This document shows, piece after piece, positions 15,555 through 31,666 of a stretch of 64,000 nt of DNA. The DNA comes from Eledone cirrhosa (lineage: Eukaryota). How positions within the stretch are numbered: the stretch's first letter is position 1; each line of letters opens with the position of its first letter. The stretch spans positions 23,064,001 through 23,128,000 of the forward strand of contig OZ024760.1 of the NCBI GenBank assembly GCA_964016885.1, in the 5' to 3' direction. The notes beneath the pieces were generated by a model. It was not told the origin of the DNA. It saw only the letters and a program-made list of their open reading frames with translations, and searched no databases. The translations under genes and the position numbers were made by a program.

Positions 15555-15771
15555 GTATGAATGAACAGAGAACAAAAAAACAGAGAGGCAGTACAAATGA
15601 TATGGTTTTTAGTTTCACGCTTGAGAGTGGGGTGAGGGGGAGTGGTGGAAAGACATTTATATATATATACATATACACATGTATGTATATATATATCTAT
15701 ACATATGTCTGTATGCGTCAGTGTGCTTGTTTGTATATATATATAAATGTTTATATAGTTTTAATATAGAT

Positions 15772-15824
15772 GAGATTCTACAGGACTAGAACTGTTTCAT
15801 TCTTTAGAAATCATCAGGAATCCC
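15772..15824 (-). ncRNA. Type-I hammerhead ribozyme (family E)
   Basis: Minus strand: GGGATTC-CTGATGA-TTTC TAAA GAAT-GAAA-CAG TTCTAGTC CTG-TA-GAATCTC. 7-bp stem I, full stem III, GUA triplet. Confidence 0.8.
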
Positions 15825-16165
15825 TGTATATATATATATAAATCATCATATAGAGAGAAGTATACATGGTGATACCTGTTTAATCATAGGGGATAAAAAA
15901 GCACCACAGTGACGAACATAGTGTCTACGAAAGTAAAGCTGAATACAAATTAAATAAAGGAATAAATAAAAATGTACTAACCCTCACATTAGTATATATG
16001 TTATTTGGAACATGTTTAATTTATGTTTGGTAATACTATCAATCGGTTATTGTTGTCAAACTTAGTAAGACTCTAACTTCTCAAATGAGATGAATGAATA
16101 ATTACACGTATAAATAGTTAATCGTGTATTTCAAAACTCAAATCCATGCGTATACACACACACCC

Positions 16166-16228
<63 letters not shown>

Positions 16229-16409
16229 GGAGGTGAGTTTTATTGTAGTACAATAAAGCAATGCAGATATCGGATAAGTAGCACTCTACAGTTTGTAGGA
16301 CTGTAGTATAAATAATATATAAGATCATAAGATGGTTAAAAGAGTTCCATGTATTTTATTATGCGCATTTTGAAAACAAATATCATCATGCGATGACATA
16401 TATTTGACG

Positions 16410-16473
16410 TTTATCTGACGAAAACGCAAATGTATCGCATGATGATATTTGTTTTTGAAATGCGCATAATAAA
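16410..16473 (+). ncRNA. Type-I hammerhead ribozyme (family D) within inverted repeat ~16320-16510
   Basis: TTTAT-CTGACGA-AAACGCAAAT...ATTTGTTTTT-GAAA-TGCGCA-TA-ATAAA. The left arm carries the inverted 3' part. Confidence 0.7.
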
Positions 16474-16504
16474 ATACATGGAACTATTTTAACCATGTTT
16501 TGAT

Positions 16505-16565
<61 letters not shown>

Positions 16566-16789
16566 GAAGGATAAGTATTTAAACTTTTTATTCTGAGTTA
16601 AGACTCTATTGGGTTTTTTCCCTCGATTTCACAAAATCTGTGGATAAAATCTCAGTCTTGATTTTGTTTTAATTGAGTTTGAATTGATTTCCCATATCTT
16701 ACGTTAATTATTTTCCATTTAGACGTTATAGTCACTTATGTATTATGAAATACTGTTGGCCTCTTGCTCACATTAATTTCTCTATTTTC

Positions 16790-16846
<57 letters not shown>

Positions 16847-17066
16847 ACAAATAGTGTGTGGTAAGATACCAGGTACACCACCATAACGCATCAGAGGTCT
16901 CGATAATCTGGTTCGTTATGTTCCACCTGTTAAAGGTGCCTGCCCATATATGGACTGTACCCCTTGATAAGTTCAGCTAGATTCTTGCCGTTCTAATACT
17001 TGTAGATTAGTCTGGATCTAGCTGCTTAAACCGTCAGAGCTCAACAGTTGGGGTCCTGAACATCTT

Positions 17067-17127
<61 letters not shown>

Positions 17128-17129
<2 letters not shown>

Positions 17130-17429
17130 CGATATTAAATAAATGGAAACTATATTTATAAAACCATATTTATTTCATTTATACATATTTCAGGGATACC
17201 AAACTAAAATATGGTATGCCTTCATCAGACAAAATACAATTTTGTCTGATGAAGGCATACCATATTTTAATTTGGTATCCCTGAATATGTATAATGAAAT
17301 AAATATGGTTTTATAAATATAGTTTCCATTTATTTAATATCGTATATCTACTCCCAAAACTTGTCAAGTGCTTTATATCAGTTATAAAATATTTACTTGT
17401 TGTATCCCAACAATTTAAAATAGAACTTT

Positions 17430-17430
<1 letters not shown>
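17128..17430. mobile_element. Family A element, palindromic, with two hammerhead motifs
   Basis: Minus ~17175-17234: TTTTGT-CTGATGA-AGGCATACCA...TGGTATCCCT-GAAA-TATGTA-TA. The plus copy from 17241 lacks one A of GAAA. Confidence 0.75.
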
Positions 17431-17478
<48 letters not shown>

Positions 17479-17636
17479 TATTTGCGTATCGAGAGAGAGA
17501 AAAAAAGGGGAGGATAGGTGATACATATAGTTATTTGCCAAGTAGCGTATGCCAATGGTGCTTGATACTAGTGCCGGCAGTATTAAATATTCGAAGTGTT
17601 AATATTTAGTGGGCTAGAGAGTTAGCAGAGCGTAGG

Positions 17637-17752
17637 CACGTGTAAAAGTAAGAAATCTGAGAATAGAACGTTAAAACATGTTTATTTAAAACAGCACCTG
17701 TTTTATATAAACATGTTTTAACGGTCTATTCTCTGATTTCTTACTTTTCCAC

Positions 17753-17754
<2 letters not shown>
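17637..17754. repeat. 118-bp imperfect palindrome abutting (TA)n
   Basis: The left arm is homologous to 33502-33600, whose minus strand has a decayed CTTGTGA..CCCA AC TGGG C-GAAAC motif. Confidence 0.7.
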
Positions 17755-17790
<36 letters not shown>

Positions 17791-18289
17791 TATTTTCCGT
17801 TGTGTTGTAATATAAATATTACACACAGTAGATTATCAGCTCACGTAGAGTTTGCTCGACGGTTCCAGTTGTAGTTCCAAAAGTAATCCAAAAGTAATCC
17901 AATATCTTTACTATCTCTAATCCTTCTATAGATTTAGAAAAATAATCAATAATATATTCTATAAAAAATGTCAAAACAACAGATGGGAATCTAATTACTC
18001 ACTGCCACCAAGAATTCTCACTGCTATCGAAAAACCACTCCTTCAACTATTCTTCTAACAACTTCACCCCTCCCTCCTAATATTCTCTATAAAAACTAAA
18101 TAGGTCCTCAGTAATATTATTCTGATGAAATGACAGTAAATAATAACATTGAAATATTGAATGTCTGCATAACTAAAAGTTTGTAGATAGCTGTTTTAGG
18201 TTATGTAACTGTTATAGAAACACGTGTCAATAAATTCCTTTCAACTAAACTGTATCCATTCAAATCTTTCTATATATATATATATATAT

Positions 18290-18477
18290 AACGAAGGAAA
18301 TGTGGTAAGGAACCAGGTGGACCATAACGCACCAAAGTACTCAATACTTGAGGTAGTAGAGTGGGTAATAGGAACCAGTAAGACCCCGACAGCTGAGCTC
18401 AAGCCGTTTCGACGGCTAATTCTCTGAGAATTAGCCGTCGAAACGGCTTGAGCTCAGCTGTCGGGGTCTTACTGGTT

Positions 18478-18481
<4 letters not shown>
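18290..18481. mobile_element. Family H element with a perfect 113-bp palindrome (18369-18481)
   Basis: TAGGAACCAGTAAGACCCCGACAGCTGAGCTCAAGCCGTTTCGACGGCTAATTCTC-T-GAGAATTAGCCGTCGAAAC...GGTTCCTA, between (TA)n tracts. Confidence 0.8.
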
Positions 18482-18561
<80 letters not shown>

Positions 18562-19619
18562 TATGTCTGTGTTTGTGTGACTATAAACTATTTATTAACA
18601 TAAAAAATGCTTCATCCTCCATTCATCCTCAATCTACCACAATCCCTGGCTGTTCACTGTTTTTCTTCTTCTTTTTTTTCCCTCTAACCTCTTGTTTGCC
18701 CGCGTATTCCTGGGAGGGTTGTGGTGGAAAGCCCGCAAACATGCCTTCCACGTGCACTCTCCTGTCCGAACAAACCGTTTACAATTGATCTGGCTGCACC
18801 CCCCAAGCACGACCAACTGAGCTCATGGTTGATGTTCAAATATCTTGCTCTGGGCTCAACATTTGTGTTTTCTGCCGCTTTGGCTGCCTCGTAAAACTTT
18901 CATGCGATGAATTCCTGGAGACATTTTACTGAATTTTTTTAGCGAACCCTGATTGGAAGTCTTTACATGAAGAACACAAAAAGACGGGTTGAATAATGAA
19001 ATCCATTCCATTTTACGCTCAAACAATTCGCCCAATGTCGCCATCTTATTAAATGTATCACGATGTTAATGGAAAGATACATTCAAAACTCCCAAAATAA
19101 ATAACTCAAATACATCATTACACATATATATCTTGTCACGTAAGCCATCCATCAATTCCAAGAGAATAGAATGGCGACAGGTAAAGACTGTGAATTCTTT
19201 AATTTTATTATATTCTTCTAAACTATATTCCAGTAACAGAATTGCAGACAACGCTATCTCGCGACATTTAATTAAATTATCTAGTAAGTAATAAATGAAA
19301 ATAATTTTTACAGCTCAGCTTAGAAGAGATTTAATTTATATTTATGAAACATGAAACTAAGAAAAAAATGGAGACCGAGCGGCTTGTATGCATAATATGT
19401 GGCAATACAATCCTAATGTGCTGGGTTAGATTCAATCCATTTCTCTGCGAGGAAAGCATTAAGAGCCTTCTCTTACCTTTGTGTCAATTATTTTAGTTAT
19501 TGGAATACCACAGGATAGAAAATACCGACGGTTAAAATATTTCACACCATCAAAATAATCAACATTTTAATTAAATTAAATTAGAATTATTGATGGCAGG
19601 CTATTTCAAGACAGGTACG

Positions 19620-19707
<88 letters not shown>

Positions 19708-19738
19708 TATACATGTATATATATATATATATACATTT

Positions 19739-19836
<98 letters not shown>

Positions 19837-19910
19837 ATATATATATGTAAACATATATATATATATATATATGTATATGTATATGTATATGTATGTATAG
19901 ATACATATAC

Positions 19911-19942
<32 letters not shown>

Positions 19943-20006
19943 ATATATATATATAAATATATATATATATGTGTATATATATATGTATGTATAGATACAT
20001 ATACAT

Positions 20007-20037
<31 letters not shown>

Positions 20038-20068
20038 TATATGTATATGTATGTATAGATACATATAC

Positions 20069-20108
<40 letters not shown>

Positions 20109-20217
20109 GTATGTATATATATATGTATATGTATATGTATGTATAGATACATATACATATGTATATATATATATATATATGTATATGTATATGTATGTAT
20201 AGATACATATACATATG

Positions 20218-20248
<31 letters not shown>

Positions 20249-20279
20249 GTATGTATAGATGCATATACATATACATATG

Positions 20280-20312
<33 letters not shown>

Positions 20313-20395
20313 GTGTATGTATAGATACATATACATATACATATGTATATATATATATATAAATGTATATATATGTATAGATACATCTACATATG

Positions 20396-20429
<34 letters not shown>

Positions 20430-20862
20430 CGTACATGTATATATGTATATTATATATGTATATATATATGTATATGTTATATATACATATATATGTATAT
20501 ATATATATGTATATATATAAATATATATATATGTATATATATATGTATATATATATGTATATATATATATGTATGACTTTTTTCCTATTACCCAGTCAAC
20601 TAACCTAAGTCTCGAGTACTCTGGTGCTTTATGGTCCACCTGGTATCGTCCCACACGCTCTTTGTTGTATATATATATATATATATTATTATGTAATAAA
20701 AAACGTAAGACAATTAATCCATTTACCAAAGGTTTCACGATGACAGACAAACTTAACGGAGACGCCTGAAACCGCTCATCAAATTATGATTACGAATTGA
20801 GGATCCGCTAAATTGAAACAATTGTTCTCGGTATGGAGAACTAACTGTTGTGTAACCACTTC

Positions 20863-20918
<56 letters not shown>

Positions 20919-21223
20919 AAGAGTGAGAGAGAGAGGCATATATATATATATATGGAGAGAGAGAGAGGGAGAGAAATTCGGAACAGGCTTAAAGATATCT
21001 ATACAAAATTAATTATACCAAAAAATAATCAATAAACTAAATAACGGAAAAAAATGCATTCCCCTTTTGCTATTAGTTAAGATTCAACTGAATTGTATTT
21101 ATTTCACTCACACATACATTACTATATATATATATATATATAATTGTGTGTGTATGTGTGTGTGTATAAGTCTGTATATATATATATGTATATATATATA
21201 TATTATAAAATATATATATATAT

Positions 21224-21960
<737 letters not shown>

Positions 21961-22202
21961 TAATAACTTGTGTGTTACACCTCTATTCTTTTAACTATAT
22001 ATATATATATATATTTATCATTCGAGTCTTCATTAAGTTTCATAAATTATGATATATATTACATTCTATTCCATGTATACATTATTTGACTTAATTTCTG
22101 TTTCTCTCCATTACATAGAACTCTCTAACCCGTCCTTCTCCTCCCTCTCTCTCTATCTATCTATCTCTCTCTCTCTCTCACCCTCTCTCACCCTCCCTCC
22201 GA

Positions 22203-22247
<45 letters not shown>

Positions 22248-22529
22248 ACGAAGGAGTTGTGGTAAGGAACCAAATTGAGCATAACGCACCAGAGTACTAA
22301 ATTATTAGCTATGCCGTCGGGGTCCTACATTTTCCTATATATATACAGCGATGGATTCAATTCAAATCTAGTTACACCGTTACTCAATATGTTACTCGGT
22401 ACTTGTGGTAGTAGGTTACTGCTAATGCTGCTAATATTACTACTACATCTACCACTACTACTACTATTACTGCGGCTGCGTTTACTATTAATACTTCTTC
22501 TAGTAGTAGTATCAGCAGCACTAGTTGTA

Positions 22530-22910
22530 ATAATTGCTTCTACTTTTGGCACAAGGCCAGCAATTATCCCAGTGCATTGCTGGTACTTTATTTTATCGAC
22601 TCCGTAAGGATGAAAAGCAAAGTTAAACTCGGCGGGATTCGAACTCAAGCCGTAAAGGGACGTAACCCTAGGCTGCAAAGAATGGCGTCCGACCCTCTAC
22701 CGATACTGCCAAGCCAACGCGCAGTAATAGTAATATTTATTTCTACTTTTGGCACAAGACCAGCAATTATACCAGTGTATTACGGGTACTTTATTTTAGC
22801 AACCTCGTAAGGATGAAAGGCGAAGTTAACCTCGGCGGGATTTGAACTCAGTCCTTTAACGGACGTAACGCTCTCCTGCAAAAAATGGCGTCCGACCTGC
22901 CAATCCAACG
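22530..22910 (-). mobile_element. Two tandem copies of tRNA-derived SINE family 2 (Meta-domain-like core)
   Basis: Minus strand has a GAGTTC(G/A)AATCCCGCCGAG B-box and a GC(C/T)TTTCATCCTTACG.GGTCGATAAAATAAAGTACC-type core. Many other copies (e.g. 24965-25095, 36000-36115, 41545-41675, 41960-42145, 56225-56377). Confidence 0.8.
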
Positions 22911-23352
22911 GCCAGTTGTAGTAATAATTGTTTCTACTTGGGGTAGTAGTAATAATGATATTAATATAGGTATAGATATTGTAGGAGCCGACTAGACGAT
23001 TAAGGGCCTCCTGGCGTGCTTTCTAGGCATGGAATACGTCATCATCCGGGTTATTCTGCAATAAAATAAGTTATTTTATTGAAGCAGTCACGCACAGTCT
23101 TATTAATAAACCTTTTGTGTCCTTCGATTAATTAACAGCACAGCAACTGACAGTATCATGACAACATGGCAGAGAAATGTTCTACACACGCACATACACA
23201 CACATACACACACGCAGACACACACGCATTGACACACACATACACTCATACACACATATGGACACACACAAATATGTAATACTAACACATATACACAGGC
23301 AGATGACAAGTGTATCTACATGTATACATATTTGCAAAAGACACAGATTTAA

Positions 23353-23420
<68 letters not shown>

Positions 23421-23473
23421 ATGCATATATATATGTGTGTATGTGTGTGTATATATATATATATATATGTATG

Positions 23474-23570
<97 letters not shown>

Positions 23571-23704
23571 TTATTTAGGTGTGTTGGTTCACCACTGGAT
23601 AGAACTGGTCATTCCGTATGGTCAACCTCGATGTAATATTAGGGAGAGCTCTCGAAGTAATGCAACTCACTCGTCTTCGTTTGTGTAGTTGGTGGTGCGA
23701 GTAC

Positions 23705-24157
23705 GGGCTTAATTATTATAAAATAACAGGAGGCTGGACTGGTGTAATTCCTTAAATGTTTATTATACTATGAACATTTCAATGACCGAGTTCATTATGA
23801 ATCCGGTGACATCATCAGGTATTCGAAATATAACCAAGGAATATAATAGACAAAATCCATGGGGCTGAAAATCAGAGACCGAACATTTAGCAGCTTCTAC
23901 CGCGGTCAGCCGCCCTCAAGTATGACAAAGATATCGACATGTATACATATTTGAGGGCGGCCGACCTTGGTAGAAGCTGCTAAATGTTCGGGTGCCCTCA
24001 TGTCTCTGATTTTCAGCCCCATGGATGCTGTGTATTATATTCCTTTGTTATATTCCATTGTTATATTTCGAATACCTGATGATGTCACCGGATTCATATC
24101 TAACCCGGTCATTGACATGTTCATAGTATAATAAACCTTTAAGGAATTATACCAGAC
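23705..24157. mobile_element. Family C element, ~450-bp inverted repeat with two outward-facing hammerheads
   Basis: Minus 23765-23822: ATAC-CTGATGA-TGTCACCGG ATTCATAATGAA CTCGGTCATT-GAAA-TGTTCA-TA-GTAT. The plus copy at ~24072-24129 has GACA in place of GAAA. Confidence 0.75.
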
Positions 24158-24280
24158 CATAAAGGGACGTAACTCTTTGCTGCAAAGCATGGCGTCCGAC
24201 CCTCTTCCGATATTGCCAATCCAATAAAAATAATAATAATGTCTTTATTGGTCACAAGGGTAATAATAATAATAATAAAA

Positions 24281-24782
24281 ATAATTGTTTCTACGTTTGG
24301 CACAAGGCCAGCAATTACCCAGTGCATTACTGGTACTTTATTTTATCGACCCCGGAAGGATGAAAGGCAAAGTTAACCTCGGTAATAATAATAATGATAA
24401 AAATAATTGTTTCTACGTTTGGCACAAGGCCAGCAATTACCCAGTGTATTACTGGTACTTTATTTTATCGACCCCGGAAGGATGAAAGGCAAAGTTAACC
24501 TCGGTAATAATAATAATGATAAAAATAATTGTTTCTACTTTTGGCACAAGGCCAGCAATTACCCAGTGCATTACTGGTACTTTATTTTATCGACCCCGGA
24601 AGGATGAAAGGCAAAGTTAACCTCGGTAATAATAATAATGATAAAAATAATTGTTTCTGCTGTTGGCACAAGGCCAGCAATTACCCAGTGCATTACTGGT
24701 ACTTTATTTTATCGACCCCGTAAGGATGAAAGGCAAAGTTAACCTCGGTGGGATTTGAACTCAGACCATAAAGGGACGTAAC
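24281..24782 (-). repeat. 4 x 122-bp tandem array of the SINE family 2 3' half
   Basis: Units start near 24281, 24403, 24525 and 24647. The staggered duplicate ORFs in the track show the 122-nt period. Only the last unit includes the B-box. Confidence 0.9.
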
Positions 24783-25526
24783 TAATAATAATAAATAATA
24801 ATAATTGCTTCTACATTTGGTACAAGGCCAGCCCCCTTTTTTGGAACACTTCAAAAGGCATTCTTGCTTGGTACAGCAAGAAACCCCCACTACGACTTGA
24901 ATATCAGAAGAGGCTGCAGATAGCGGCTTGATGTACATTTGAACGAACATTCCATTTAAATAATTGTATCTACTATAGGCACAAGGCCAGCAAATACCCA
25001 GTGCATTACTGGTACTTTATTTTATCGACCCCGTAAGGATGAAGGGCAAAGTTAATCTCGGCGGGATTTGAACTCAGAATGGTAACGGCCGTAACTCTTG
25101 TGACTTCTAGAATTACAATATAATATTTGAAATAGTGTGGAGAGTAGTCAATGTGAGTAAAGGGCTGAATAGGATGATAATAAGATGGAGGGGTTATGAT
25201 AATGAGGGGGTATAAGGGAGAGGAGTATAATTATGATGATCATCATCATTAACATATCGTGGATAATGGTGATAGTGTTTCTTTCGTTGACACTTTTGAT
25301 AAAATTATAGAAATTCATAAAGAAATACAACAAACCTGACGAAGATTCTATAAATGTTATATTGAATGGTGTGTGATTATCTATAAATAAGTAACAGCGA
25401 TTCCATATCGTGACAATTACCTTCGCAATAGTATAGAAGGTTAAAATATACACAAGTATGTATATACTCCCGCCCACACGTATATGTATATGCATATGTA
25501 TATATATATATATAAATATGTAGCCA

Positions 25527-25587
<61 letters not shown>

Positions 25588-25620
25588 AATATATGTAAAT
25601 ATATGTAGCCATATATGTAT

Positions 25621-25651
<31 letters not shown>

Positions 25652-25695
25652 CCATATTTGTACATATATATATATATGTAGCCATATATATATAT

Positions 25696-25749
<54 letters not shown>

Positions 25750-25811
25750 GTATATATATATGTGTATATATATATGTGTATATATATATATATGTATATA
25801 TATATACATAT

Positions 25812-25842
<31 letters not shown>

Positions 25843-25849
25843 GTATATT

Positions 25850-25880
<31 letters not shown>

Positions 25881-26061
25881 ATGTATATATAGACATGTGT
25901 GTGTGTATCTATGTGTATATTTATATTTGTATATGTATACAACGAGAGAGCGTGTCAGAGAAGGAGAGAGAAAGTGGAATATTACTTTGATTTTTAGTTC
26001 CTTATTTTCACGAAATTTCTTTTCCTTTTTCTCCAATTGTTCATACTACTTCTATTAACAA

Positions 26062-26115
<54 letters not shown>

Positions 26116-26997
26116 ATAAATACATAGATAAGTCCATAAATCTATCTGGGAACATATAAATATGGAAGGAAATACATAGCTGAACTTTTTCTACCTTTCG
26201 TGCACAACATATTTGTTTGTAATTGGCTCAAATCAAAACAGGCGTCTCAAATTTTGATTCATGATTTGAAATTGAAAATGGCGGACAATAACGAAATACG
26301 CAAATGAATAAATAAATAAATAAATAAATAAATAAATACAAAATAAAAAACATTGAATGAATAAATATTAAAAAATTAATATAATAAAATATTATTTAAA
26401 ACGAAAATTATATGTAAAATAAAAAATAAAGAATTAACAGTAAATTATGTCAATGACGACGGGAGAGACAGCATGTTTGACGCCATCTTAGTTTTAGGAA
26501 ACTGATAGTTTTATGCCGATCGTGTCTTAAAAATTTGCAAATTGTATGTAAGAATCTTACAGAAATAACAGCTCTGGATTTATTATATTTTGAGAATGCT
26601 TTTAAAATTCAGGTGGCATGCCGGAATGTTTTTTCTGTTATTTGTTGCATTTTTGTTATATGTATATCAAGGATAATATTGACAGCATGGATAATAGTAA
26701 TAATAATAATTTCATTTATTGGCCACAGGGGCCGACATGATAATAATAATTAATAATAATAATGCATTATTATTATTATTGTTGTTGTTGTTGTTGTTGT
26801 ATATGTGTGAATTATATTTGAATATCTACTTTAATATAATTTCATCTATGCATATCTGTATACAAAGTATGTATGTATCTCTCTCTCTCTCTCTTTCTTT
26901 CTCACTCACTCACTCACTCTCTCTTTCACTCTCTCTCTCTCTCTATATATATATGTATATATATATATATATATGCATATATACATATGTATATATA

Positions 26998-27044
<47 letters not shown>

Positions 27045-27093
27045 GTATATATATATATATGTTTTTATATATATATGTATATATATGTATATA

Positions 27094-27253
<160 letters not shown>

Positions 27254-27553
27254 TATATGTATATATATATATATATATATATGAATATATGTATATATAT
27301 ATGTATATGAATGTATGTATATATATGTATATATATATATGTATATATATATGTATATATATGTATATATATATATGTGTGTATATATACATATGTATAT
27401 ATATATATGTATATATATGTATATATATATGTATATGTACATATGTATATATATATATATATGTATATATATGTATATATATATGTATATATATGTATAT
27501 ATATATGTATATATATATGTATATATATGTATATATATATATGTATATACATA

Positions 27554-27603
<50 letters not shown>

Positions 27604-27675
27604 TATATTTATATGTATATATATATGTATATATATTTATATATATGTATATATATATATGTGTATATATATATG

Positions 27676-27710
<35 letters not shown>

Positions 27711-27941
27711 GTATATATATATGTATATGTATATATATGTATATATATATATGTATATATATATGTATATGTATATATATATGTATATATATGTATATAT
27801 ATATATGTATATGTATATATATATGTATATATGTATATATATATATATATTTATATATGTATATATGTATATATGTATATATATATATATGTATATATGT
27901 ATATATATATATGTATATATATATATATGTGTATATATATA

Positions 27942-28045
<104 letters not shown>

Positions 28046-29031
28046 CATATATATATGTATACATATATATATATATGTATATATATATATACATATATAT
28101 ATGTATATATATATATATATATATGTATATTTTTATATAAAACATCGGTTATACTCATTATCAGTATATATATGTATACATACATGTGCGTGTAATTATA
28201 TATAAACTGACAAATATATACATACATACATACGCACTTACGTAGTTCCGTACTTACGTTCATACACTTATATATACATGCGTGCATATATACTGGGTGC
28301 ATTTCCTGAAATAATTCGGATGTTATTGGCTAAATATATTATTAAGAACATTCTATTTTTATATTAGCTGTCGCTAAAATATTGATTATTACCAAAAGCT
28401 CTTCAATGAGAAGACATTTCTATAAGGTTTGCCAAAATTATTTACAGTCAATTTATATTTAAAAAACAACTTGACGTTTCTTTCAATTTAAACCTTAATA
28501 AATACTCCATTTAATTCTCGTCATTTTCTTCGTGTAGCTGAAATTACTTAATATGTTCGTAACCTATATGTACGAGGCAACAAAATGGCAATGAGAGAAT
28601 GCCGTATGTGTGGATGGTGGAGAGAGTGGGAAGAAAGAAAGTGTGTGCGTTGGGAGGTGATGACGTCTGTATAAATGCCTTTGCTTTTCATTTTAGCTGC
28701 AAACTGACATATGGGGTTATTTTATAGAGAAGCAATATTCTCTGTTTCGACGTAAATTAATATATATATATGGAACGAAAAAAAGCGAAGATAATACGTG
28801 GACCCAGAGAACAAAACCTGATTTTGTCTTTGCGAGTAATTGTTCTCTCCGCTCCACATAACGATGTATTATCTATTTTCCTTTCATTGCCAGGGAACGT
28901 CTTCCTGTTTTCCTACGGTTGCAAAGCTTTTCGGAATATTTACTTTTGCGTTCACAGTTGATTTCTTTTAGTTTCAGAATATCCCGTTAATGGTGAAAGT
29001 AGTGATTCTTTGCTTAACCTTTAATCTATTA

Positions 29032-29068
<37 letters not shown>

Positions 29069-29096
29069 ACATACACACATGGATACACACACACGC

Positions 29097-29168
<72 letters not shown>

Positions 29169-29358
29169 CTGTATATAGGAAAATGTTTGATCCCGACGGC
29201 AGAGCTCAAGCCGTTACGACGGCTACCAAAAATAGCCGTCGAAACGGCCTTCAGCCGTCGCGGTCAAACATTTTGCTATTACGCATTCTTCTACCCTAAG
29301 TATTGAGTACTCTAGTGCGATATGGTCCATCTGGTTCCTTACCACACCTCCTTCGTTA

Positions 29359-29456
<98 letters not shown>

Positions 29457-29909
29457 CATATCTATGTAAGTATGTATAAATATATATATATATATATATT
29501 TACATACATGAATGTATGTGTAGTATATATATATATACATGAATGTATGTGTAGTATACGGTATGTTTAATTAAAAACATTTTGAAGAACTTACTCACTA
29601 TTTTGAAAATTTGGACGTGAACAATTATAATTGAGTGGCTGCTATTTGCAGTATAGCAATATAAGGTTGCACTTACCAATGAAACGGTCGTAAATACCTG
29701 GATAAAATCATTTTCTTAATGCTTACCTGTGTTTTCTCTTTTATACTATATATATATACATATATATTTATATATACACACACACATATATATATATATA
29801 TATAACATATATATATATATATGTATATATGTATATATATGTATGTGTATGTATATATGTGCATATATATATGTATATATATATGTATATATATGTATAT
29901 ATATGTATG

Positions 29910-29994
<85 letters not shown>

Positions 29995-30025
29995 ATTTAT
30001 ATATATATATATATATTTATATATA

Positions 30026-30558
30026 TAAATCAGGAAAGAAGGTTTACATGGTTTGCTATACAAAAAAGTTTTTAATCACATAGCTTACATTTGTTTCACT
30101 GAACTGGTATGTCTAGAGATCGCTATCCGCCTAATTTTGCGTTACTCGATCGCCAATACAGAATTATAACCAGTCAGATCTTCGGAGCATGCGAGAATGA
30201 AGAAAATACACAGGCAAGAAAAGAAAAGAAAATATGGAGTAGTTATGGCATTCAATTAGAACAATAACAACAACAATTATTACAACAATGCTATCAATAA
30301 ACTATTTAAGGAGACCCTGACATTACTTGGTGGGGGGGTATATAATGTATCTAATGTTACGGCGTGAAAACCAGCTGTCATAAGGCAAAATGTATCGTAG
30401 TGTGTATCAATTTTAAATAATTCTGTATTGGCGATCGAGTGACGCAAAATTAGGCGGATAGCGATCTCTAGACATACCAGTTCAGTGAAACAAATGTAAG
30501 CTATGTGATTAAAAACTTTTTTGTATAGCAAACCATGTAAACCTTCTTTCCTGATTTA
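30026..30558. repeat. Inverted repeat with ~140-bp near-identical arms and a ~250-bp spacer
   Basis: AAATCAGGAAAGAAGGTTTACATGG...CAGAATTAT (30026-30167) versus its reverse complement at ~30417-30558. Confidence 0.85.
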
Positions 30559-30750
30559 TTATTACTCCAAGTGTTTACAACATAGGAATTACAGCATACC
30601 CGCAGCATCACAATGAAAACGCCTTCTTGAGTCAAACCGAGCCAAGCGTTAATATCATCCACTACCTGGAATACCATAACTGGACTGCATTTAACTATTA
30701 TTTGTTAATCCGTATATTTATATATATATATATTTATATATATATATATT

Positions 30751-30781
<31 letters not shown>

Positions 30782-30784
30782 ATT

Positions 30785-30833
<49 letters not shown>

Positions 30834-30844
30834 ATTTATATATA

Positions 30845-30901
30845 TGTAAGTATGTATGTATACGTACATACATATATGTATACAGACGTACAGTAGCATG
30901 C

Positions 30902-30934
<33 letters not shown>

Positions 30935-31618
30935 CATATATATACATATATGCACACAGGTACACATACATATATGCACGCATCAGTTTAGCCGACGTTT
31001 ATTATAACGCAGCTTTGTTCGTTTGTTTGTCAACAAACAGAACAGCCTGAATTTATGCCATACGGTGTTAAGGCTACCACGTCACCATTTTGTTCAACAC
31101 TGACACAGGAAAGATGTACTAGTTTCAAGCTTGTTAGCTATCATCAGCACCGTTTACCCATCTGCCAGATAGTTGAACGTTCGAAAGTATATACTTTCCT
31201 TATGAAAATTAACGGCTGAGCAGCCTAATTTGCATATTGAGTGAGTTAAATCGGTCAGGCATACCGAAAACGATAAGTTGAAAAAAAAATGAAAACGAAA
31301 TTTCATTTCTCACTCTTAGTATGGCACTTACTTAAATGTAAGTATGTATGTATACATCATAAGGAAAGTATATACTTTCGAACGTTCAACTATCTGGCAG
31401 ATGGGTAAACGGTGCTGATGATAGCTAACAAGCTTGAAACTAGTACATCGTTCCTGTGTCAGTGTTGAACAAAAAGGTGACGTGGTTGCCTTAACACCGT
31501 ATGGCATAAATTCAGGCTGTTCTGTTTGTTGACAAACAAACGAACAAAGCTGCGTTATAATAAACGTCGGCTAAACTGATGCGTGCATATATGTATGTGT
31601 ACCTGTGTGCATATATGT

Positions 31619-31666
<48 letters not shown>

